Source: Trichosphaerium sp. ATCC 40318
Taxonomy: Eukaryota > Protista > Tubulinea
Direction: 5' to 3'
Assembly: GCA_038496445.1 (NCBI GenBank)
Contig: JALMLS010000361.1
Span: forward strand, 1-64,000
DNA: 64,000 nt
Within the stretch, counting starts at the first letter, position 1; each line of letters opens with the position of its first letter. A model generated the notes under the pieces. The model ran no database searches. It was given only the letters and a program-made list of their open reading frames with translations, and was not told where the DNA came from. Below, in pieces: positions 12,957 through 26,975 of this stretch. The position numbers and the translations under genes were made by a program.

Positions 12957-14447
12957 ATGAAGCAAGTTCTTGCAGTTATATGTTTTCTACAATTGGTAAG
13001 TGCTGCTACGCTATGGACTGGTGATTTCTCTGGTAACTGGCAATCTAAATGGGGAGTCGCACATGGAGGTATAAACGCTAGGGGAGGTGTACCAGGTGGT
13101 GGTACTGTTGTTGAAGGCAACAAACTGCGAGTCAAGTATGCACCTGTAAGTACCACAAACACGGTTTTCATCTGAAGTCTTAATGTCTCGAAGGGCCATG
13201 CAGCGGCTAGTGGTGTTTGGATGCTCGCTGTACCAACTGATTTATCTTCGCATAGGACACTCTGTTTGAGGTTCTATTATCTTTCGAAGCCTTCAGTTAA
13301 CATGTGTTAGTTACAAACTTAAAGTACCACACAACTTCGAGTTTAGACTTGGCGGAAAATTACCTGGTCTATACGGAACCACTGGTGACTCAAACTTGCA
13401 TAGTGGTTGCAGTGGCGGAAATCAACCTGGATCGTGTTATTCATCAAGATTCATGTGGCGTACGACTTGTTTTTCTTGCTGTTATTTTAATCAATGTGTT
13501 CAAGGAAATAATGGTGACGGAGAAGTTTATGGTTATATGCCTTACCCCTCCAGCACGTGCGTTGTATTATAACACTATAAAAGGGCTCATACAATTATAT
13601 TAGTATATGCAATAAAGCTGAGAATCATTGCACTGGTAGCTACGGTCAATCGCTTGGAAGAGGAAAGTGGCGTTTCCCAGATGATAATCAGTACCATGAG
13701 ATAAAACAAGAAATTCAACTCAACACCGGTTCAAACTCAAATGGTCGAGCTCGTGTATGGTTTGATGGATCTCTTAAATATGACGAACGAAATGTGAAAT
13801 GGAGATACGGTGATAACACCAAACACAAGGGAATATTCTTCAACACCTTCTTTGGAGGTACTATTAGTTCGTTCAGTTTCTGAAATCAACTTCGTACCGT
13901 TGTCATCACTATTTTTCACGTGGTACTTTTTCTGATCTTATCACCAGGTCCTTCAAGCTGGGCTCCGTTCTCAACTCAGTACTTGTACTTTGGTGACTTT
14001 AAGATCTCTACTAGCTGTAACGGAGGCGGTGGTGCAGCGGGCTCGAATCAAGTATGCTTAAAACAAACTGTCAATAGCATACAAGGATCATCGTTTTCTG
14101 TGAATATTGATTACTCCACAACCACAAATCAAGATCTACGTAAAAATACTTAAACAACAATCACGGTATCCTTTATGACCATTCCATTAGGCGTAGATCT
14201 ATTTACATCAAGCGGTGTCTGGAGATCTTACAAGGAAGAACGTGTAAACCAGGGAACAGGAAACAAATGGGTGCGAATCAAAAGTTTGTTTAATTGGTTG
14301 CTTTAACTGATGTAGGTTACTGTACCTACAAATGGATATTCTGGAACCGGTTTTGATATTAAGGTATCCTTGCAGCCAATTGGAGGAGACTGGAGATCAG
14401 AAACTGCTTCAAAGTACTTTAAACTTGGAGTAACTGGATGTTCTTGA
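12957..14447 (+). CDS. Secreted polysaccharide lyase family 14-like protein with C-terminal beta-sandwich module
   Basis: Signal peptide; GGKLPGLYG, YSSRFMWR, GEVYGY, YGQSLGRG, QLNT..NGRARVWFDG and FFNTFFGG..SWAP. Confidence 0.85.
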
Positions 14448-14621
14448 ATCATTGAACAATAAACTTCACCTCATAATACACTCTGCCTTTCAAGTTATTT
14501 TAAGTCTAGCACCAAGTATTCATATCGTAATCAACTAGCTTTTTTGTAATAAAGTGTGGTGGAAACAGTTGTTTGGATACACGTACAGTCACTTGTTATT
14601 TATTGAAAATCTTTTTTTTAA

Positions 14622-17600
14622 TTACATATTTTTTTTCAAACCATAAAAAGGGCTCTTGATTTCTATAGGTCCTAAAAGACCATGCATATCAAACATTGTC
14701 ATTATTGTACCATTACATGTCATAACTAGTTCAGAAAATGTATCATCACTTATAAGAGTGAGGTCAGTTGCATAACAAGTAGGAAAAACATCACTTCTTT
14801 GTTCTGTAATAACCCAAAGAGCATCTAAAAAAACAATTAAACTTTAACTAATTCCACATGACATGAAAAACTGGCAGTTTTATCACGGCCCACCCAGAAA
14901 GATAAAGTACGGTGCAACCCAATAAGTTGCTTTTTGTAAGAGAAACTAGAAAGATAGAGTGTCTAAAAAAACCCAAACAAAAAAGCATTTTTTTTAGTGA
15001 GTGGACTCATCAGAAAACCTGTACTTAAAATGTATTTAATACAAGTGTAAGTGCGTACCGTTTATTAAATAGTATACCCTATCTTTTCGACCACCAAATA
15101 AGCCTCTTTGTTTTTCTAATCGTGCACTTTCAATATGAGGATTTGTAATTTTTCTCATCACAATATCAGTCGTATTACTACTATTAGAAGTCGTAGCACT
15201 AGTGGAAGAGGTTTGATTAGATTTTCCTATTTTGGATATATCCTGAACCCAAACATTTGTATAAGTCTGAAAATGAGATGCACAGAGGAATATTTTATCA
15301 CCAAAAGCCATTAAACGAAAATCCCACTCTGTGATACTGGAAGAATTGAACTCAAAATATTCAAGTTCCTCAAAACGCATTGATACAGTAACATTATCAG
15401 AAACCTCATATACTCTAAGTGTTGAGTTTTTTATACCTAACATATAAGTACTAGTACCTAGACACAAGTATTAATTAACAGTAAAAAAGCAAGAAAAGAA
15501 TGAGAAAATAAAAAGAAAGGTCAAACTAAACTAAGAACTAAACAAATGTATTTGGTTTTTAAAGACTGGTTTGATTAGAGAAAGAGCTCAGTGTGAATAA
15601 CACAGTGCCTTCAAACCAACGCAGAAGCACAAGAGTTTAGACGCGAGTCACTTTATACAACACAATGAAAGCGTACTGTCTTTTGGTTGTGACACATCTA
15701 TCACTATATCAGCGTTATTGCTATTGACTTGGAGCCAATATCTCTTTTCTGGGATGTACTTAAACAGCTAAACACACTTAGCATCAAAAGGAAAAGTTGT
15801 TCTTACCATTGTTGATGTTTCGAAATTTCTTTTAGAACCTTGTGACCTCTTGCGTCCACCACGTGAAGAAGATGTATAGTTTGAACTGCAAAATGTCAAA
15901 TTAAGGCGCGAAAAAAACCAGAGTAATTTTGTGAGCCCAATTAACATACCTTGTAGGAGCAGCAATTGTAGGTGCGTTTGTACCAGGATCTATTGGTGGT
16001 ATAGGAGCATCAGTTGGAGCGTCAGTTGGAGCATCAGTTGGAGCATCAGTTGGAGCACCTATTGGGGCGTTTGTTGGTATTAGAGCAGCTGTTGGCGGTG
16101 TTGGAGGATCCGTTGGAGCAATTGGTGTTCCATTTGAAGGAATAGAAAATGGTGCGGTAGTACGCTCAGTAGGGGCAAGATGTGTTGGGGCTGCCGTTGT
16201 GGTATTAGTGGCATTGGTAGAGGGGGCTGTTGGCGCATTCGTTGGTGGTTCCACTGGAGCATGTGTCGGATATGGCAATGTCTGTATACTTGCGTATAAT
16301 TCATTTTCAGCGTAGTATGTTATAGTAGAGTAAGCGAAATGATCAGGAACAGGTGATATACGTGATAACTTGCACTTATAGCCTCGACAATCATCACAAT
16401 ATTCTAATCTGTACACAAAAATAAGACACGTGATAAAAATACAAGCTCGAAAAAGAGATGTACAAATAAAAGGCAGTGGTTTTTAGATGTTAATAGATGC
16501 GCTGACGATATTATAAGAAACGAGTAGTTGGCAGTTAGGTGTAATTGTTTTTTGGTTATTTTTGTTTTGCATGTGTTTCTATGACTAGAGGAGGTTTTTT
16601 TACGTACGTGGTTGCATCAGGTTTATTGTATTCAACCAATAAATACGTTCCGTCAGAATATAGATTAACATTTGTAACATTGCTATAGTATCCAAAGGAT
16701 TCGGTGGTAGCTAAAAATAATAAACAACCATGACTTTCGAAAAAACGATGCAAAACAAGCTCAAAGCACGTTTTACTCAAATGAAAATTGTTTTCATAAG
16801 CAAGCACTTTTGCGTACGGTATAATCTGTTTTCTTGGTAATTAATTGTAAAATGACCTCTATCTAATGTTGCATATAAAAGACCACTACCACAATTTACC
16901 CTAGCAACAATGCTGCTGTTGTATAGGTGCGGTGCAACTCTCTTGTAAGGTCCAGCAATCTTAACAACTTGATCCATAGTATAATAAAAACTATCTTCTC
17001 CACCAAGCTCTACTGGTGATGGTGAAGTACTTGGGGTTAACTAAGAAGACATTAATCCATGCAATCATAATCCAAATACACAAAAAAAAAACATCTACAA
17101 GAGATTAAAAACGTACAACTGTTGATGAGTTGTGAACTTGTTGAGCTACCAAAAACCCGCATACACCTAAAATGCATCCAACAACAAAAACAATTGTGAA
17201 TGCAACAAGTGGCTATAACGCAAGAATAAGAAGAAAACACGTTACGAAGACAACTGACGCATTCAGAAAACCTAAAAAAAAAACTTTTTTTACCTTTGCT
17301 CCTGTGAATTGGTTTGTACATAGCCAAGGCATTTGATTACTTGGAAATCCATCAGTCATGAATGTTTCATCAATATCAAACTCTAGTTTTGTATTATCCT
17401 TTCTTAATTGAAGATCACGCCATAGATCACCCAAAGACTGTATTACTGATGATCCTCTCTCCCATATATCTAACGTAGCTGTAGTATCATATTCTCTGGC
17501 TAAGTAAATAAAATTAGAGCCTACACGTGAAAATACTGTCATGAATAAAAATCACGTGCAGTGGTCAATAAGAGACATTGCATTCTTTTCAATTAAGGCA

Positions 17601-17983
17601 ACTTCAGGGCTCTCTTCGGAAAGAGAGAATGTATTATCTGGGGATGACATGAACTCATCCAATTCAATATTTCCTGTGTTAATATCTAGGCGTAATCTTT
17701 TCCGGATTGGTTCTGTTGAGTCAGTTGAGGATGCATCAGGTTCTTCGAAATTCCGTTTTTTCTGATGCAAAAAGAAGTTTAGTTGTAGTTCTTTTTGGCA
17801 AATGGTGTACCGATGTAGTTTCTGATACTTTGGCACCTTCTCTAAACTATAGATAAATGTCATTAGTAACAAAATAAGCAAAGAGTAAATAGAAAATACG
17901 ATAAGGATAAATGCAGCTCGAAGACCATTATTGTTTGCAAAAGACAACTTACTCTGTGAACCACAACTTGGGCGAGATGACAT
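14622..17983 (-). CDS. Hypothetical type II membrane protein with Pro/Thr mucin-like linker
   Basis: Multi-exon. A hydrophobic segment near 17165-17270 is followed by a beta-rich region and APT repeats. It may be two genes. Confidence 0.5.
16006..16057 (-). repeat. 12-bp coding tandem repeat (APTD)x4
   Basis: (a/g)tcagttggagc units on the + strand. Confidence 0.9.
17521..17559 (-). other. GC-AG intron (GCACGTGA), 39 nt, CACGTG near both ends
   Basis: Removes an in-frame TGA. The adjacent GT donor would give a stop. Confidence 0.7.
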
Positions 17984-18990
17984 TTTGATACTGGAATTAT
18001 CTCTCCCGTAGGTAGAGTATCATTTTCTTGAACAAGCACTTCTGCACGAAGCTAGTGACAAAGTTAGAACGAAAAACCTACATCGAACACGACATGTGCA
18101 TGTCAAAAAACCAGTTGATGTTTTTTTTGTACCAGTGCCACTACGCTTGTTTTATTTCCTTTCAGCCAAATGTCTTCATAACTCGCCTTTCCAAAGTTGA
18201 CTTTACAAGTAATCAATAAATCACTTCCTTCTTGCACTACTTTCCAGTTCCTTAACAGTGTGAGCACGTCATTGTTCCCGCATAACAGAAAAAGTATTTT
18301 TCTGATTTTTTTAACGCCGAAACAGTACAATTGCGCCTAAATCCCCTAAAATGTTTTGAATAGGTTACCTGAGTGTAGATTTAGGTGCGGTTACACCGTT
18401 GAATAGCTCCCACTTTTCTACTATTGGAGAGTCTTTAATAGACCCGCAAGGTACAAGTACTACGCCCATTAGGCGCGATGATTGACTCCATTGTGAAATC
18501 TAGTCGTTTTAAATGTAAAATAATAAAAAGAACTGTAAAACCATGTTTATGCGTACCTTCATATGCAAAATATTCCATCGCGTTGTTTTACGGTTTAAGC
18601 GGACAATATTGAGAAAATGTTTCGCGTCTTCCCATTTTCGTAGACTTGGGTATATTTCAAAGCTCACTCTGCATGTGTTAAAGGAAAAAAAGCGCAATTT
18701 TTGTACAAACCTATTACCAGCAGCCATATTGTGCCTAGAGAATTTTCTGGGTTGTTGGCGGTTTAGGATTATTGCACCATGCAAAAAAGCGTGTTGGTAC
18801 GGGTAAGTTTTTGCTGAATAAACTTAAGCAAACAATCAGCGACTTAACAACTTTTTTTTTTGTTGTGCGCTGTGCCTACTATCTTATCCATGTAGAAAAA
18901 CGTTTAGTGGTAGTCTTGACGCTAGATTCTTAGTGCTCTGAACCTATGACCAAAAGTACACGGGAAGTAGTTCTTTTTTATGTACACAAT

Positions 18991-20635
18991 TTATTTACAT
19001 TCTTGACTGAACTTTTTGACATAGTCTGGGACTTGGATGTTTCTTATACAACGAAATAGTTCTTGTTCATCTATTTCAGAAGGCAAACGCCTCAGAAGGT
19101 GTAAACAGTCTTCATACGAGGCATTTTGCAACTTCTTTGAGCATAACTTTAGTAACCCTACAGCTGCACGAAACATAAAGAGATCACCATCAAGTATGAA
19201 ATTATCCCATATTCTAAACGCTATCGGCAAAGGTAGTGCACGTGTGAAAATAGTCAAGAACCTTTAAAACAAACCAGATTAGTAATCACGTGATGCAAAA
19301 AATACAAAGGCACGTTACGTACCAGTCTATCAAGTATAACTCAGGAAGAATGTTCAGTTTTCTGAAGTGACCGTAAAGTGTCGGAGAGTTTTTATAGAAA
19401 AGTAGATCAAACACTTTAACATGAACGCCATACTACACAGTAATAAGAACCTAACTAATCTAAAGTGCTGTGACGTACTCTATCTGGGTTCATAGTAAAC
19501 AGATCCGAAAAGAACGGTCTTTCGATGAGATTACAAAAAATCTGTTTGAAGAAACGTAAATTACAATGAAAAAATACACATCCAATCCGAACCTCGAATG
19601 CATCATATACGCTTGTATAGAATAGAAGCATCCCTGCTATATTTGTCATGCCTTGTACATAACCAATCTCTGGTCTAGGGCGGTTAACAATACAACCAAT
19701 AACGAATTCTTACCTGTATTGTGCGAAAGTTTCAAGAACGTCCTGCAATTTAGTAACGTGAGGACTGCTATCTGCAAATACCTTCATCCTAGGGAAGGTG
19801 CGCGGAATATCAACTGCTAGCATTGAGTGTATAGATTGTTTAGAAGCCGATAGACCCACTCTTCTCATCTGTCTAGCTTCTCGTTTGCACATTCGAAATA
19901 AATCTCTTGTAACGTTCATTTCGTTTCCAACGGCTAGCTTCCATACCATCCCTCGCATATCATTTGGAATCTAGAAGATTTATGATGTCAACAAAGGAAG
20001 AAAACATTGAAAAGAATAGTAAAATACTTACTGCTTGATAACCCATCTGTCTGGCTATACTCGAACGCCTCCTTTTTGAAGAAAGAAATTAGTGGGAATT
20101 TCTGAACAAGCGGACGCTAGTACAAAACACGTACTTGTTCCAGTTTGGTATTATATCATATTGCCATGTGTAGGCTAGTCTGTTGAAGAAAAAAAAAGTG
20201 AGTTTCATTGTACTGTGATTTGTTAACTTGTTTTGCAAGACCACGTGTTTTCTCCAAGCGGTTTTTTTTTTTGGATTTTGTTTTTGATTTTTTGATGCAC
20301 ACAATAATCACGTGGGACTACGCCAAATAACTAATGTGTAAGCTTACCTCCGAAAATGAAATCTCTCAAACACAGTTAGCTGCTCAAAGCTCTCTCTATG
20401 TTCTTTTAAGGTCTGTGTTGAAGCGAAATCAGAGTTGGCCAAGGTTACTGTCTGCCACTTTAAAAAACCATCTACACTTGCGTTTTCTTGTTTTTCTGAT
20501 ACCACAGACGCGGTTCCTCTATCTAAAGGGGCCTATGGTATTATTTTTAGTACCATAGCCTATTATTTTCAAAAAACGTACATGTACATCTACGCCGACA
20601 TGCAAGACTGCTCCTACATCATCTTTTGGGTACAT
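18991..20635 (-). CDS. TBC-domain Rab GAP (TBC1D12/14-like)
   Basis: RGMVWKLAVGN, DIPRTFP (Arg finger), GYVQGM (Gln finger) and RIWDNF. Confidence 0.9.
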
Positions 20636-21388
20636 TATCTTTCGAATATCACTGTACAAAGTGGAACTCAATGTATGAAGTGTGTAAAAATGTAACTTGT
20701 ATGTCGTGGTTGCTCACAATCGATCGCGCTTAATAAACACTAGTATCGGCGCAAAACTCCGATACGTTTTGGCTGAAATCGTAAAAAACTTGTTGACTAT
20801 CTTGAATAGTCTCAGAAACTATACGACACATATGTACCTTGTACTGAGTACGTTTTGATGTCTACCAAATGAACCAAAGGTACAATACAATCGTGCACAA
20901 AAAGTGATGTTTCGGAATAACCACTTCGTAGCACAAGGCCTCAAAGCGGAAAAAAAAAGAAAGGCATTCTTTATCAACGACATCGTGTAAGGCTCCTCTG
21001 ATACCGTAGATGTGCTAATACACTATTGGAAGCGTATACAGAAACTCATTATTCAGTTTGCAGTGATTGGCGCGTAGTTTCTTGTGAGCTACTTAGAGAA
21101 ACGCATCAATGGTATGGCTTGCATCCCTAGCGGGTTACATCTATCTCAACAAACTAGGATTGCACTGAGTGATGATTATGGTACATTAAAGAGGATAGAA
21201 AAAGCAATTTTGGAAATGGGTGCTTTAAAGACGTCTTGACAGGCTAAATACGGCTTATTCAGAAAAGAACTAGACCCATTTGATACGAAAACACAAAAAC
21301 ATGCACCACGCAAGGTTACTTATAATACTGGTGATAGCGTTAGTAGGTTTAACTGGTACGCAAGCTACAAACGTTAATATCAATTAAT

Positions 21389-23975
21389 ATGTTGCTCATA
21401 CGCGTTTATAGACGCCTACGATTGCGAAGTGTATGTAACATCAGCCAATACTACGGTAAGTGCCTAAGAAAGCCTAATACGTCTAAAAACCACGTCCCCG
21501 GCGATCGTGTACCATTTGTCTACGTTTTACGCTTGTTCCACCCTAATGACAAGACTAGTCAGGAGACGGCTCATTAGCATCTCCATTCGCGTCACTTGAT
21601 GAAGCGCTATCCCTAGGAGACAAATGTGGAGTAAAAAATCTAACTGACAGCATACCTTGTGTTGTGTGCTTTTTATGTACGCGAGCGCGTACACCGCAGT
21701 TTTCTAAGCTCATTGCTTGTAGCCGGAACTTATCCAGACAACTTTGGTAGCAACGTGACTTACAACTCTGATGAGTATGGCAAACTAGTGTTACAAGCAT
21801 ACAACGAAACAGACGAGCGACCTTCTTTTGATATTGGCATGTTGTACCAAGATATAGACATTGAGTTCGTCAGTACGACTTCGATTTGCAAAAAAAAAAC
21901 AGCCGGCACGTTTTGAGCTAAATATCTACTTCTAGATGTTAAAGTCGGGTTGTATATCAGCAATACAGAAGTAGGTCTCCATAATAAACTAACGTTCACA
22001 GATTCAACAATACAGGGTACGAATAAATTGATCACAAACCAATGAAGTTCCTTTGATTTTTTTTTCCTTTTTTTTTTGTATTTACCTCCGTTTTACATGG
22101 CCTTTTGCGGCCTTTTTGTTGGTTAATAAGTGTTAATTATTTTTTCAAGGATATATCGGGAGTTTTGGAAAACCAGCTATTCGTGTAAGCGATTGTATTG
22201 TATCAGAAGACATTTTGTTAGATGTTTCGATAAGTGATACAATCATAACGAAAACTACATTTGAAGGCAGCCTTGAGTTGGGCTCAACACGTAGTTCTAA
22301 CCCAACTGGTAATATTTATGTTGGGGAGTGTATATTCCAGTCAAGTACAATTAATGCTGAAGGCAATGGTATGTTCCTTTGCATTCATCTTTCTCTTTAG
22401 TTTCTCATTATTTTCGTTGATTTATTCGTTTAGATTTCATGAACCTGAAAGTTATCAACTCTCAGTTTAAAAGCCTCACAAGTACTCTTAAGTTAAATAT
22501 AGAAGTAGTATTTAATGGTACAACAGTTGAGTGCGATGGTGCTGCAGTACGTCTGTTTGTAGATTGCTTATACTATTTTTTGAAATTTTTGTTTTCACCA
22601 AAACATTTTGGCGTATCTATCTGGTGCAGGTCTGACTATTTTTTCGATTTAGCCCTGTATTGAAATATCAGGAACTGGCACAAATAAATTTAGTGAAGGG
22701 TTAATTACAACTTCATCAACGTGCGTGACATTAATAACAAGAATGTTAAGGAAATTTTTGAGTGAATGAAGAAAGAACATTGTGACTTTTTTCACCTCAC
22801 ATATTTTGTAGCTCCGTGGTTTTAGACCTAACCAACCAGATAATGGAAATACGTGACACAACATTGGAATGCAAAACTAATCAAAGGCAACCAAGATTAG
22901 TTAATAATAACGCCCTTCTTCTCTCAAAGTTTAATTTCAGTGTTCTTGGATGTAATGGTGTGTACCTTTTTTACCCTAAAGTTCAAATCGTTCAAATTCT
23001 CTACCTTTTTTCCCCACCCCACAGAAACGCCTTGTGTTTTATTTCGCTCATAAAAACTGTATGGCCAAGGAGGAAAAGGAGGATTTGAATGCATAGAACT
23101 GTATTTTGCTTCTATTTTGTTTTTTTGGTTTTTTTTTGTTTGCTCAGCTTTATTTTTAGTTCAATGTGACGTTGGTCAGTTTAGAAGAACGCCTCTTGAT
23201 ATATGTACAAACTGTCCAACTAATCAAATATCGAACACAACAACTGCTTCTACATGCTTTTTTTGTGACCCAGGTAATTTTATTTTTCCTCAACAGAATC
23301 ATTTCAAATTCGTGTAAATGTTATCTTCCTTGTCACAGTCACCAATCTCATATCTCTATTATAGGTTATGAGAAAGAAACTAAATCTTTATGCTCTGAGT
23401 GTCCTATTGGCAAATACTCGTACGATAAGTCTTGATCATTTATGAACTAGTTTTGGTTTTTCTATCTGATCTTTAACTACTGAACAGTTCAGACGGAAAA
23501 GGTTGTGACCCCTGTGATCCAAGTTTCCGTGAGTACCAAGATGATCGAGGGCAAAAATCCTGTAAACAATGTGTAAAGGGTTACATATCAACAGGAGTAA
23601 CCTGTAGACCTTGCGCAGCTGGTAAGACTTTTTCTTATAATTTACTTATACAAAGTTTTGATTCCTTGTTTACTTACAATGACTCCAAGGTACATATCAG
23701 TTCTTGAATACATGTCTTAAATGCTACTCTTTTCAAACATCATCATTGGGATCAGATAAATGCCATTGTACGAGCTTGACCTATTTTTCAAAACTTTTCT
23801 TGTACTCTCATTCTCTAATGTTTTTATTTTTTCAGCAAACAACACAATTTTCATTATAATAGGTGTTGCAGTATCTCTTGTCATTTTGGTTACTGTTGTA
23901 ATCGTTGCTTTCATTGTATGGAGAGTAATGAATCGCAGCAAAGGAGCAAACCAATACGTTGAGTATACATCATAA
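21389..23975 (+). CDS. Type I membrane protein: beta-helix-like ectodomain, Cys-rich repeats, C-terminal TM (start uncertain)
   Basis: GDGSLASPFASLDEAL, CTNCPTNQ, CSECPIGKY, CKQCVKG and TM IFIIIGVAVSLVILVTVVIVAFIVW. Confidence 0.65.
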
Positions 23976-24929
23976 GCTAGCGCTTATGAATAGTGTTCGA
24001 CATCTTTTGGATATACTTATGTTACTACTATCAAAATAGTGGTGGCTATCTTAGTAGGGTAGTATGCTATGTACTGCCTCTGGTGATAGCAATTGTATTA
24101 AAACAAATATACAATTTCTTTAAGCTAGTGTTCACCATTGTCCTATAGTTACTGACTTATCAGCAAGATTAACATATCTTATTACAAAATCACGTGTTTT
24201 TACGCTATTAAAGAGCCTTCTTGATTGAAGCTAGATACTTTGTAGTTGCTACACTTATTATACAACTGAGAAATGGAGCAAGCAGTTATTTATGAACACA
24301 ACGTACAAATTTATGGACTTGTTGTGAAAAGAACAGGTGACAATTGTTTGAAGCCGCAGATAAGAGTAAACAGAAATGTTTATTAAAGATATACAAAGAT
24401 GTGTATCCGCTCTTACATTAGTCAGCCCATTAGAGAGTCACAGGGTTGTATTATTCCGATGGTACGGTGCAGGTAAAAAGCCTTTACAATAAAGCTATGG
24501 TATGCTAAAAGATATCATAAATAATGGTTATGTTTTCCTTTCCGTTCAACCCACGAAAAGGGTCAAAGCAGTTATGATATGTGAAAACCTCGAATAAAAT
24601 TAAAGAACATACTTTGCTACCTTGCTCCTTCAGTTTTTTTTGGACAGTTTTATTGTGGCCAATCCAACGGGTATTTTTATCCACTGCGTTGTTTCATATC
24701 ACGTGTGTGCACTGTCACGCGAAAATATCATCACGTGATTATTCGTTTTGTGTTAAAAGCCGCCTATCCTAAATTACTATTGTAACCGCCAACAAAGAAT
24801 AAACCGATTGTTTTGTAAAAAACACTGCGAGCAAACAGATTTAATCATTCAAGTTTGTGCACACAAATGTTCACACAGTTCAAACTAAAAATAAACGCTG
24901 CGTAGTTATTTTTCCAAAAAGCCATACAA

Positions 24930-26975
24930 ATGAAGCAGCACTTCTTGGTCTTAATTCTAACGCTGTGCGTAGTTGCGGCAACATATACCGACTTAGACGC
25001 CTATGTAACAGCACCAGACTCAAGGTAAGATAAAAACGTTTGAAATTGAAAAGCTTTTCAATTTTTTTAACTAGCGCTTCTTTTTAGTTACAAGTGGGAG
25101 CGTGTTTCGTCTTTTGCGGGAGTTGGATACACTGTAAATATATTAAAATTAACTTCACAAACATGGCTCTCTAGTCCCCGTGTATCAATGCCAGTATGGG
25201 AACATTGGTTGGTAGTGTACGTACAAGAAGAAGCCACAGGCATAATTTTTCCTCCCTTTCCTCCCTTTCCTTTTCAAACTGTTTTTAAGCGCTATACCGG
25301 ACCAAGTAGACCACAATACTGCTATGCTGTATATTGGCGAAGGTTCTAATCCATTAGGAACACCACCTACCGACATAACAGGGTATGACTCCATTCTCTT
25401 AATTTTTTGACTCTTTTCTAGTATTCCTGAGTTAGCTCTTTTCGAGCCTGTTCTGGCGTTGAATTCAGTCTGGGCTGCTCTTTATCAAATACCTAATCAA
25501 AAGATATCGTTCAGAGATGATCCAGTGCCTGGATTTGAAAGAGAAGAAGGTGCTTTATCTCTCGAAATTTCAAGAAAAGCTAACTATATTTAGATCAATT
25601 GATCGCTTTCACGTGGTGGGATTACGTTCATAACTTTGATTCTTCTATTGTGAGTGCTCTTTGTATAACTTTAAAAACTCACGCTTTGCCATAGCTCGCA
25701 AGATTTCCGATGGTTAAGGGAGCGGTTAAAGCTATGGATGCTGTTCAAGAATTTGTAGCAGAAGAAACCGCTGAAGGAAGAACCGATGCCCAAATTGACG
25801 ACTTCGTCGTAATTGGAGCATCCAAGCGTGGATGGTACACCACAATGCGTTTGGATTTGTCTACTCATATCTTTTAGGACAACGTGGTTAACTGCAATTG
25901 ATGATAGAGTAATCGGTATTATACCAATAGTTATAGACGTGTTGAACTTGATTCCATCATTGAACCATCACTTTAGAGCACGTGACAAATCACGTTTTCG
26001 AATATTCTTAACTAATAAAAAAAATAGTCCTACGGGTTTTTCAGCTTCGCTATTGGCGACTATGCTGCTATTGGATACAACGGGTTCCTAAACACGCGAG
26101 AAGTAAGTTGTTTCGTGTACTGGTTTTTTTTTTTTGGCTAACATTTTTTACAAAGAACAAAAGGCTGATGAAGATCATTGATCCTTTCAGTTACAAGGAC
26201 AGATTTACGCTACCTAAATATATTATTAACTCTGCTGGCGACGAGTACGTAATCATCCACTTCCGACATACCCTGTGGTAGTCAGTTTGTTAACTTTTTT
26301 GTTCGCAGGTTTTTTTCTCCAACAAGCTCCCAGTTTTACTACAATAGACTACGTGGTCCAAAGTCGCTGAGATATGTACCTAATTCTCGTCATGGTTCCG
26401 CAGGACCTTTGGCAATGTACGTACTAATATAATATACTCAACCTCACGTTTTTCTCACAGAGAGAGTATTATTACTTGGTACAATGCTTTGATAAACCAC
26501 ATCAGATTACCAAAAGTCGTATCATGGATTAAGAGACGTACAGGTAGAATTTACGCAGTAGCTTCAGTAGTACCAACAGTACGCTCTTTAAACGGGCTAG
26601 CAGTTTTAACGTACATCGTAGAAAGTACTATTGTGGACAGCCTACAACGAAAACGCACGTGTATTTAGAGGTTTCCCAGAAGCAATTCCGTGGACTTCTA
26701 CACCTATCCTTCCTCTGACACCAAGTGGTCAAATTTATAAGGGTGTCCCTGATACCCCCGCTACAGGTAGGGTATTGCTGTTCTCTATCAGTATATAACT
26801 GTATTTCGTAGGCTTCAGAGCTGCTTTTTTGGAGTTGCATTTCAATGTTGGTGGCACAGAGTTTGTTCAAACATCTCAAGTGGCAGTTGTGCCTGATGTG
26901 TTACCTTTCGGTAGCTGTTCTGATAGCTTGTGCGCTTGTAAAGATGCTTGTACAGCAATACCACCTCTTGGATAG
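24930..26975 (+). CDS. PqaA / Dictyostelium AprA-like secreted alpha/beta-hydrolase-fold protein
   Basis: Signal peptide; DLDAYV.APD, LTSQTWL, WEHWL, QIPNQ, PMVKGA, GASKRGWTTW, IIDPFSY and GDEFF.P. Confidence 0.9.
25978..26027 (+). other. GC-AG intron (GCACGTGA)
   Basis: Restores the conserved PqaA motif HHFR|SYG. Confidence 0.85.

Noticed and set aside
14166-14372. GTATCCTT U12-type donor look-alikes (14166, 14363)
   Set aside because: One lies inside a normal GT-AG intron and the other within coding KVSLQP; neither is needed as a donor.
20860-21345. Coding-like stretch between the TBC gene and the membrane-protein gene
   Set aside because: Stops occur in all frames and no motif is recognisable; at most a relic.
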